Shown: positions 1 through 12,085 of the stretch, piece by piece
Layout of the letters: every line of letters begins with the position of its first letter
Position numbering within the stretch: position 1 is the stretch's first letter
From: Amoebidium appalachense
Taxonomy: Eukaryota; Protista; Ichthyosporea
Assembly: GCA_963693365.1 (NCBI GenBank)
Contig: CAVNZM010000001.1
Span: 16,363,840-16,427,839, forward strand
Direction: 5' to 3'
DNA length: 64,000 nucleotides
The notes under the pieces: generated by a model
Database searches by the model: none
What the model was told of the DNA's origin: nothing
Seen by the model: only the letters and a program-made list of their open reading frames with translations
Position numbers and translations under genes: made by a program

Positions 1-66
1 GTATGTGCTTGTGAGTGTGTGCACGTTTACTTTGGGTGTGCTCGCAAGTGTACGCACACACACACA

Positions 67-149
<83 letters not shown>

Positions 150-368
150 CACACACACACACCTACACTGCTGCACACACCTAGAGAGCAAATATAAGGA
201 TCCATAGTATGTGTAGCCTTGTGTGGGAGGCATACGTATGGCATGTGGCCAGGCATGTACAGTGCCATAAACCCCACGGCTGTATGCACAAAGTGAATTT
301 AAATATAAACAAATGGGCCAAAACCAAGGGAATAATGTCGACCCTAACCCAACCCTTCCTTCCTACAG

Positions 369-2686
<2,318 letters not shown>

Positions 2687-3357
2687 TCATTTTGAATCAT
2701 CAAATGTGGTGTTGTTTCATTGTACAAATTGCGTATGTGGTTAATATTCGTGTTTGTTTCGGTTTCCCAACACACGGCTGTTCAATATATAGTCTGGTAG
2801 CGTGTGCTTCGATTAAGTTGGTGATTGATGTGTGCTTCAGATGAATTCTAAGCCATTGAATGTGGCTCTCTGCCAGGGAATCAACACTTTGCGGTTTTTT
2901 GGTTCTCTCTTGCGAGCATGTAGGCTAGACGTCTTTTGCATCTACACATCATATATATGTAAGAATAATAAATTGTTGTTACGAATCCAATAAGGCATAT
3001 CTATATATCATCTCTGCGAAACCAAGAGCTTCGATGGCTTCTCATTCTTTTGGCCTCTTAATACAGTACAGTTGTGCAATGGGGTGTGCTGAAAGTTTAG
3101 TGATACCATCTCACCCGGAAAAATACTTGCATGGCGTGTAATAAATCGTGTAATAAAGTGCAGAAGTTGCAGCATACGGTATATGAACATTATTCTTCAA
3201 GAATATGTATCTTTCCTAATGGCATGCCGCCTGCCTCAAGCCCCCCCCCCCCCCCACGGGTGACCCACCCATGTTCAAGTGAAACAGTATCTGAGTTGGG
3301 TTTCGTTAACGAGGTGAATGGGTCGAAACTCGGGTACTGTGGATGGCGTGGGCCCCC

Positions 3358-3472
3358 CTGAGGATGGGCTCTGCTTGTTATGCATACTCTTTATGTATGG
3401 TTTGCATTCTGCATCGTGTTATCCATTGTTCTTGTGTACTTCGTACTTTAAATTTATGACACATTCAACAAC
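3358..3472 (+). repeat. Dispersed ~100-bp repeat bordered by poly-C (SINE-like or retroelement 3' end), copy A
   Basis: Core ttatgcatactctttatgtatggtttgcattctgcatcgtgttatcc...ttgttcttgtgtacttcgtacttt...cattcaa is near-identical to 46299-46391 and similar to 57440-57552 and 54381-54500. Confidence 0.75.
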
Positions 3473-3473
3473 C

Positions 3474-3507
<34 letters not shown>

Positions 3508-3735
3508 ATCGTGTCTGATCGAAGTTCCCTGTACGTGCATGTTTCCGAAAATAAAACAAGTAAAAAAGCCGGAATATTTACCCCAGCCTCACCCCCAAAA
3601 TCCCTCTACAAACAGTTGTGAAAGTCCCCCCCCCCCCTCTCCCCTCCCCACCCACCCACGCACCCACGCACACACGCACACACTGTCACAAGACAACACA
3701 CCACCACCACTACCATGCACACCTGCCCACACGCG

Positions 3736-3793
<58 letters not shown>

Positions 3794-4020
3794 GCACTCT
3801 CCATCACCGTGATCTTGTGTATCAAAATGCATCCGTGTACCTCGATGCTACTGTCCGCACTGTTTATCACACAATGCACTATACTGAGAACGTGAGCCTG
3901 GTACCCTAGGTGGCCCCAACGTCAGAGGCCGCATTGAAGTTTCACTACGGGGTGGTCTAAAAAAGCATCACAGTATGGCATGTAACTTTTTGCTGTTCGA
4001 AAATTGACAAGGCACAACCA

Positions 4021-4338
4021 CATCGGCAGAGTCAACTTGCTCGAGCTCGGAGCATGATTATTCTGCAAAAAGCAGAATATGTCTGCCAGCAGCATAACAC
4101 GCTAGAAGCAGAATTCAAGTCTACATGTACAAACAGCCGAATTATTCTGCTAACAGCAGGTTAATTCTGTCTATCCGTTAAAGCAGGTGTTTCCTGGTGC
4201 CGAGAGCAGCTTTTTGCGGAATAACTCTGCTAAAAGCAGAATAATTCTGCTATGAAAGCAGATAGATTCTCCTGAAGGCAGAATAATTCTAATAAAAAGC
4301 AGAACAATTCTGCTCCGAGCAAGTTGACCCTGCCGATG
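4021..4338. mobile_element. MITE/foldback-like non-autonomous DNA transposon
   Basis: Left end catcggcagagtcaacttgctcg matches the reverse complement of the right end (catcggcagggtcaacttgctcg) at 22/23. The interior is repeated ttctgc...aaagcagaat palindromic units with no ORF. Confidence 0.8.
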
Positions 4339-6005
4339 CAGTGGTTGCCATTGGGCCCCTAAAATCTTTCACTATTCAATATAATCACCACTCGCCATAT
4401 ATAGTAAATATCTACCCCAACGGAACCTATAGAAATACCTAAAACTTTTAATGTGTTTTCTTATGTGTCGCAAAGATTGATTTTTTTTCATAGAAGCACT
4501 TAAGGACCCTAAGTACTTGTATGAATACCGAACATGTCCAGGTCCAAGGCATTTGTATGATTTATACACTGGCTTCTTATCCAATTATACTGTACTTTCG
4601 TCAAACTCTACCGGGATGACTGCTCATAGCCCGTCAATTTGACGCCAGAGCAAACGTCGTGACTGCGATCATGCCCTTTTTGTGCGGCCGGCCCGATGGC
4701 ACCGAGCAAATTTTTACTATGTATGGGGCCGTACCTCACGGTGCGCAAATGAAGCGAGAAATGTCGGCGTCTACGTTCATCTAGCAGGTGCAATGCAATG
4801 ATAGCTCTGCTGTCCAGAATTCATACTTGTTTGTAACTTTACTGTATTACGTACATGAGGTTGTTTCTATTCGTGTACAAAGGTGCTCGGGAAGAGAGTG
4901 TTGTTATGCAGGAGTATAGGATAAGGCATGGGGAGCCGCGTATACCAGCATCACTAGCTACCTATACTACACTCTCGACACTGTCCCATGCGTCCTTTGT
5001 GAAACCTACTACGAATACAGACTGATCGTGGCGTGCCATCGCCCAGGTTCATATGTCACATTATTTGTAGGTTTTTTTTTTTTTTAATATGTGGGACGCT
5101 GGATTGTGTGTGCGTGCATGCGTTCGTGTATATACGTGTGTGTGTGCGCGCCGCGCGTGTATACCGGTGTGTGTGTGTGTCACGGTGTGTGTGTAAGTGC
5201 GACTGCGCTTATGTTGTAGGGCCCAGTGGACACATCATTCAACCCCGTTTTGTGACGCCCTGGGTCCCTGATGTGTGTAACATGCCTCGGAGTATGAAAA
5301 CGACGTCACACGTAAGTTATATAAATCACTGTATATCACGAACATCATGATATATATTACGGTACTGCGGTAGAATTGGTTAGCGGTAATACAACTACAA
5401 TATAGGAATAAGATAGTATAAGCATGCTGTGTACGGCTTGCTATGGTGTGGATGTAGGTCTGTGCGTGGGTGCGCGTACGTGAGTGTATGTCTGCTGTGC
5501 TGCACGTGTTTGTGTGTGTGTACGCGCCCGCGCAACATTCAGCATTGCCACCTTGAATCACTGGCCTTGAAGCCTCGGGAGTGTGTTGCTTTGTGGAAAG
5601 AAGGGGGAAGAAAGGGGGGGGGGGGGGGGGGGGGAGGGCACTTGGCAAGAAACCATTGGTAGAGAATAGTTTCAACGTTTCAGTACAGAAACGACATACA
5701 GGAAAAATATGGTTTCAGGCCATTGTTAGTTCACTGGCCATGGTATATTTTTGTATGAATGAACAGATCTAGAACTAGAAAAATGAAGGGCAAAAATCAA
5801 TCCGGCCAATGTGTTCTAGAAAAATTGTTCCTGGCCATGGGTAACTAAAGGATTTGACACTTCGAAACTCAGTGCTGAGCAGATAGAATAACACTTATGG
5901 TTAAGTTTCTATTTTTACGGCGTTATGATAAGTCAAAGGAAAAAGGACACTTTCTGCGGCTCATCAAGCACCGAAGACATTAAAACACACACCACAGGAG
6001 CATAT

Positions 6006-7178
6006 CTACAGGTTCTTGAAGCTGTCATTCATGTCAAGCACCTCATCCAGACGCGCCGTCGGCTCGGCCGTCATCGAGCCAAGACCCCCGGGTGTTTTTG
6101 TTGGGGTGGTCAACTTGGGGCAGTCCTTTGCCTTGGTTGCCTTGATCACGTTGACGGCAATCTTCTGACCGGCCAGACAGCGCACACCAGCTGCAGGGCT
6201 TCCAGGCTTTGGCGCCCTGGCGTCACCTGCGTAAGGAATTCATTGTGTTAGTGTTTATCCCACAACAGTAGATGTGACAAGTGGTCAAAAATTTGCTCTG
6301 CTAAATTAGTGTACGTGAAGACATCATTACGATGATATTCAATGATTCAGGAGATTACTATTGAGAGGTACTGCCCTGTCAGTGAGACTCTGGTGTTGGA
6401 AACGGTGGTGTTGGAAACGGTTCACCAGAACGACCGTATCAGAGCAAAACAGAATGTAGCAAGGAAACCACGGACAGGACTCCACCCCGTTTCGACAGGC
6501 TAATTAATTAGTTAAAGGTTGATGAAAACGGTACAGCGCTAGGACGACGTCGTACATGGCTAGCAGGCTGAGCACCAGTTGGTTAAACCTAACCGCAGGA
6601 CAACAAAGATCATCAGAAAAATGTATTGTACGAGACAGGGCCATATGTACTTACTGGCGATGAAGTGCGTGCTGCTGCCTTTGAAGAAGGTGCTGTTGTC
6701 TGTTTTGTTGAAGGCCGTTGCGGGGATGGTCTTGTTTCCGACCTCACCCTTGGAGCACTCCACCCACAGCTTGCTTTTGGCTCCATTGGCCGCGCACTTG
6801 TCGTAGCCGGCCTTAGACACCTGTATGAGCATATTATGACGAATGAGTACAGTACCGGGTATATAATTAGCCACATCTCCGGATCACTTTCTATGGCCTC
6901 CACGCAGCCTGCTAAGTTACACAGTGTGTGCACATGGGAAGCCAAGCATATGCATGCTCATGCATTGTACTACTTCATTGCACTCTCGGAAATCCCCCAC
7001 CATGGTACATGCATACTACTAGTGTTGGTGGTGTACACTGCTGTGTATGACTTAGCCTCACCGTAGTGACACAAAAAATGACGACACATACACACACTGG
7101 CACGGTGAGGCTAAGTCATACACAGTAGCGTGACGCACTCAATCACACACGCGCACGCGCACACACACACACGCACAT

Positions 7179-7224
<46 letters not shown>

Positions 7225-7461
7225 ACATGTCCTCACCTGCCACACGGTGAGCCTTGTGCCAGTGCAGTTGACGGTGATGGTCTGGCCCTCACCCAGCTTG
7301 GCGCTCTTTACCGGCTCGTTGCTTGGTGCAGTTGCAAAAGCCAGCACCTTGGAGCCACTGCATGCCACCTGCTGCGTTCCCGGGGCCGCGGCGCTCAAGT
7401 GAACAGAAATGCTTGCAATAACTGCAAGCCAGGCGACCGCCAAAAAAGTGAGTTTCAGCAT
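6006..7461 (-). CDS. Secreted cupredoxin-fold protein, ephrin-like (203 aa, 3 exons)
   Basis: Exons 7461-7237 (cag|gtgagg), 6820-6655 (atacag|...a|gtaagt) and 6226-6006 (acgcag|...TAG) total 612 nt in frame. Signal peptide MLKLTFLAVAWLAVIASISVHLSAA, then GQTITVNC...LTVWQVSKAGYDKC...LWVEC...THFIAS...GVRCLAGQKIAVNV. Confidence 0.85.
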
Positions 7462-7498
7462 TTTCGATATGTTGCAGATTTCTGCAAGGCGGGCGTAA

Positions 7499-7534
7499 GA
7501 GTGATGCTGACTGTGGCCGTAAGCTCCTTTTATA
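7499..7534 (-). promoter_or_regulatory. TATA box plus Inr-like motif of the ephrin-like gene
   Basis: Minus-strand TATAAAA at 7534-7528, a TCACT Inr-like motif ~25-30 nt downstream, ATG at 7461. Confidence 0.55.
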
Positions 7535-7870
7535 CGGCCAGCACAATTTTTTTTAGCAGGCTGACGATGATTGGTAGATCTCGAGAAGCAGATCATATAA
7601 GAACCAATCTAATATACAGCCGACATCAGGAATGCACTTTTCTGCCTCAAGCAGGTCCTGGATGTATTATTACTTTATTGGGGCCACCGGCCAAATCTAG
7701 CAGACGGGAGCTAAAAAGTGCCAATGTTAGAAATCACGTGCGTGCAAACGTCAGTGGCATGTGGATATTATCATTTGGACCTATATCGACGTGTACACGG
7801 CCAGTGAGGCACGGCCGCCGGTGATTATGAGGTGCAACTCCATATGCCCCGCGGGGCGCCGTCGATTTAT

Positions 7871-8182
7871 GGGCGGCTTTATTCTCTTTTCTACTTCTTT
7901 CCCCCAGTATATCCGTTATAAAATGACCGTGCTAGATCACCTTACTAATGCTGCACAGTATGATATTGTGATACGGTGTCTTAACTTTCTCTCGGAGCTA
8001 CCAATGCTAGCTTCTGCTTATGTATCCATAATCTATACTAGGGTTGTTTTATTGCACACAGTCTACATAAGTCACTAGCTGCATTTGATTGGTTGCGCTG
8101 GAAAACGCAGGCGGCATTAGGCTGTCAAGTGAGGCTGGGCCCATGACGATGTCCGCAGCAATACAAAGTGCATAAACCCCCT
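7871..8182 (+). mobile_element. 5'-truncated non-LTR retrotransposon 3' fragment (family X, copy 1)
   Basis: Encodes GGFILFSTSFPQYIRYKMTVLDHLTNAAQYDIVIRCLNFLSELPMLASAY, paralogous to 10270-10420 with mostly third-position differences. It is followed by a putative 3' UTR (gtcactagctgcatttgattgg...aatacaaagtgcataaacccc) that also occurs at 11495-11593. Confidence 0.65.
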
Positions 8183-8459
8183 CGATTGGAAAGCCAAACA
8201 GACATGCCCAACAAGGTAATGATGATAGGTAACGAAGTTTAACATACAAAAGATACCTGATGGTGCGAAGATGTTGTGCGTTTCTGCATGCTATTTGCTT
8301 CAGTGCCGCGCTTGAAATATTCCTACTTTTTTTATCGTTTTTTTATATCGGCGGCCGCGTCGCCGCGAGACTGAGTCGTGCAACAGACAGCAACGCTTCA
8401 TCCGGCGCGGAGGCCGTACGCGTGTGCACGTGGCTGCTGTTACAGCACTGCTTGCCAAG

Positions 8460-8504
8460 CAAGGCCTCCTAAATAGCACGCGGTGTGCTATTTAGGAGGC
8501 CTTG
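8460..8504. mobile_element. 45-bp palindromic mini-element or footprint with 8-bp TSD
   Basis: 20-bp perfect inverted repeat caaggcctcctaaatagcac with a 5-nt spacer, flanked by ttgccaag at 8452-8459 and 8505-8512. Confidence 0.85.
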
Positions 8505-8694
8505 TTGCCAAGGCCAAACGTGCGGGCTCTCGTCGGGGGGTCTGCACTGCACAACTTTCACGTACAGGCTACAGCTTTAGAACTTTTACACACGTGTTAC
8601 TTACTACATACCACCACTGATATTAATCGGATTGGCCAGACGGAGTTGTTTCAGGCAGCCAATCATACACTGCAGCCAATCATACACTATCACG

Positions 8695-8752
8695 GGGGTT
8701 TACGCTGTTTACTCGAGGCAAAGAGAGACCAGTCTCAGGTATGGGGGGTTTT
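8695..8752. repeat. Short dispersed repeat
   Basis: ggggtttacgctgtttactcgaggcaaagaga(g)accagtctcaggtatggggg recurs at ~10451-10516. Confidence 0.7.
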
Positions 8753-9664
8753 TACACTATCACGCCGCAAACGCCCGCAAATCGTCCGGGTTCCGGATGA
8801 GCTCTCCGGAAGAGGCTGACAAATAGGCTACTGTAGTGGCGTACTCATGATAGCTAATATTATATATCAAACTAGTACACACCCGGTACTGATATATGTC
8901 ATGTGGAAACGCATGCATGTGCATGGATGGCGGATTTGTTTCAGACCCCAGGCGCCAGGGGTGCACGCGCTGTGAACCGTGGGTATGTACACGCGTGTGA
9001 AATATCATTGTTTTATAGTTTGACTCCGCGTTCACTGAGTGTGTGGAGTTTTGGGCCGGTTATCTGATCTAGATCTTGGCGCTAATATAGAGCCCTGCCA
9101 TCATGTCGTTGATCCCGGGATCGAGGGGAAGGGGGGGAGAGGGGTTGGGGGTTGGGGGGGGGGGGGAGAGGGAGGGTCGGGAGGACAGGGGAGTGGGAGT
9201 ATACGTATAGCAGCTGCATGTTTGCGTGAAGTCTCAGTGTGCCACGGATACTATTATGCTGGTCTACCCGGAATGCGGACGGAAGTGGTGCCATGATGTG
9301 ATAGTGATGTAATGGTTGCGTAATTATGAGGAAATGGCACCTTTTGTACCTTTCGTATGTCTGCTATCTATCTACACACATGAATATCTAAGGTGCGCAA
9401 ATAACAATCCAGGACGGTGTGGCTATGAAAGAATTCTGAGACCTATATAACTTACTGTACTACTTGACAATGAAATGAATATGTACCATCACTGTGACGG
9501 TGCCGCCTGATCCTGGCGCCGACCCGGCGTATTTCAGCATACCCGGGCATTCGATAAGCACTCACTCAGTGTGCACCACATGTACATAAGTACAAGTGCA
9601 CCACGGGGCACGCCACGTTGCTTGCTACCCAGCTGTACTGTAATAGAATTAACAGGATATATAC

Positions 9665-9694
9665 CAAGGCCTCCTAGGTATCTAGGAGGCCTTG
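9665..9694. mobile_element. 30-bp palindromic mini-element or footprint with 8-bp TSD
   Basis: caaggcctcctag-gtat-ctaggaggccttg flanked by atatatac at 9657-9664 and 9695-9702. Confidence 0.85.
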
Positions 9695-9803
9695 ATATAT
9701 ACATGGTTCAAAGAGCCAATCATTGAGGCCGCACTTTGACTCGTGTACCATTTCTAATAGGTAACAGAGTGCGCACTGTACTTGCTCACATGCACTACTA
9801 GAA

Positions 9804-10450
9804 GTGCTGGCTGCCATCAGTGCCATGGTATATGACTCGCCCCTCTACCTCTTCCCTTCCCCATCGTCTCTGCCCATTGCCGAGCGTTATGTGGAATGCC
9901 TGGCGACCCCACCGGAGGTACGGCTAGATCATAGTGTGAATATGAATAGTTTCAAGTCTATTGCTGATAGATATCTTTTTACTCTACGTGTTGAGTCCCT
10001 TCCGGTGTTAGGACCGCAAAAACACCAACTACTAGTAGCCTATATGGCGGATACGGTTAGAGAGTCTCGTTCATACATAGGATCCATATTCGTTTATTCG
10101 TAATGTGGTGTGGTGTAAAAACGCAAAGATGATCATGGCTTGGCGGTGTAATCGGTTTCTGGTGTCTCCTGCTCGTATGTGTAATATGTGTGGGGGGCGG
10201 TTTACTCGCGGCTGCATATCTATCAATAAATGCAACCTGTTAGCTAATGTATTAGAGCCGGAGGTTATTGGCGGTTTTATTCTCTTTTCTTCCTCTCTTC
10301 CTCAATATATCCTTTTTAAGATGACTATCCTAGATCACCTTATTAATGCTGCACAGTATGATATTGTGATCCGGTGCCTTAACTTTCTTTCGGAGCTACC
10401 GATGCTAGCCTCTGCTTACCCATAATATGTAATAGGGGTGTCATATACTA
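9804..10450 (+). mobile_element. 5'-truncated, frameshifted non-LTR retrotransposon 3' region (family X, copy 2)
   Basis: Consecutive ORFs 9804-10103 and 10105-10425. The second contains AWRCNRF...CNMCGGRFTRGCI..C...TILDHLIN..QYD, which resembles Cys-containing C-termini of fungal/protist non-LTR RT proteins. Confidence 0.6.
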
Positions 10451-10650
10451 GGGGGGGTTTACGCTGTTTACTCGAGGCAAAGAGAACCAGTCTCAGGTAT
10501 GGGGGGGGGGGGGTTTTGCTCGGAATATCCCCTCAGCGGTATATCATGATCACGTACATAGATGTCGGGTGGTGACTATATATCAGGGTTTACTTTCTCT
10601 ACGAGACACCATAAAGACTACAAGGAGAAATCAATTAGTTGGGGTTCCCC

Positions 10651-10651
<1 letters not shown>

Positions 10652-10707
<56 letters not shown>

Positions 10708-10739
10708 GGGCTCCCCTCGGGACACTCGGTATCAGCTGG

Positions 10740-10792
<53 letters not shown>

Positions 10793-11395
10793 TGTGTGTG
10801 TGTGCGCGTGCGCTATAATTTTGTAGTGATGTGTTTCTCAAGCCAATCAATACATCTAATAAACAGGTCGTAGTTACGCGTGTTTAGTATAAAATCAAGG
10901 ATGTTGTAATTTACAGGTAGGCTATCTTTCTGGGTGTCTGTTGTGAATGTGACGTGTGTGTGTTGCGGTATTATGTGGTCTATCAAACTACATTTGGCGA
11001 TACATGACCGGTTAAACTGGTGTGTGTGTGTGTTGTTTGGGCATGCAAATGATGCCACCTTATACTTATTAGATCTCCACTGTATAGCACGTGTACAGTA
11101 AAAGCGTGGTAATTGATCAATAATACCATCAGCTAGAGAAAGACCAGTTCTACAGGAAGGTAATATGTATTTAGGTGTTATACACTTGCGAGTGCCATAT
11201 TTGGCAATATGGTTGAGGCGGTCAGTATATATAAAACGAGACATAAGGCTTAGTTTTTCAAGGTGTATGCTTTCATCGGGTCTAGTGTCGTTTGGTATCT
11301 TTTTCCATTTGTTATATTGCGTGATTATCTTGTGATTGTGTACATGTTTAATAAGTAAGTGGCAGTCCAAAGTCACACACACACTATTGCGGGGT
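10652..11395 (-). mobile_element. 5'-truncated non-LTR retrotransposon with poly-A tail (related C-terminal domain, opposite strand)
   Basis: The minus ORF ending at 10813 contains AIQWRSN...C...FNRSCIAKC...YNILDFILN..NYDLF, the same motif pattern as family X. It is followed by (CA)n, a short GC-rich segment and ~50 A (poly-T on + at 10652-10703). Confidence 0.65.
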
Positions 11396-12085
11396 TTATT
11401 TGTATTTGTGCCCAGGGGAGAAGGGGAGAGAGAGGGGAGGAAAGAGGGGAGAGGTGAGGAGGGGACACGATGGCGCTCATTGTTGCCTAGCATGTACATA
11501 TGTCACTGGCTGCATTTGATTGGCTGCGCTGGAAAACGCAGTGGCTGGGCCTCCGGCAGTGTCCACGCAATAAAAAGTGTGTAAACCCCCCCCCAAATAC
11601 AGTAGCATATTTGGCACTGCAACGATTCAAGCACTTGCCAGAACAGCCTGCCACAATTGCAAGGCCATCTCACAGTATCTGCTCAGCGGCTCAGCTCCAA
11701 TAAGACATTCGTGACGGGCTTCATCAGTGCAGGCACTCACGGTCCATGTGCAGGTCACTCAAACACAGCTACAATGTCATAAATAAAATGGGAGCATAAG
11801 ATAAGACACAGCATTGTCAACTCATAAGAAAGGTAAAACTTGCGATGATATGGAGCGCTCGATTACGACAGTCAGAAGTTCATGCAGAATCTACGAGCAA
11901 ATTCACCACACAACCTTGAGCCTCCGAGTCACTCAAAGGAGCAGCCTGAGCTCGAGAGGTTAACGTATACTTTGAAAGTTTACAGTACTCGAAAACGTTT
12001 GACATGAGAAGTTATCAACCACTCCCAGCGGAGCGAACACTTCATTCTCTTCAGGTCATTATCTGTATGAACTTCTGAATCAAAG

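Noticed and set aside
2841-2923. Alternative last exon for gene 1 (ttcag|ATGAATTCT...)
   Set aside because: Out of phase with the gtatgt donor at 2635 (immediate TGA); reading through to TAG 2686 gives a natural lectin-like end.
3320-3372. Possible hammerhead ribozyme (GAAA...GTA...CTGAGGA)
   Set aside because: Stems I and II cannot pair.
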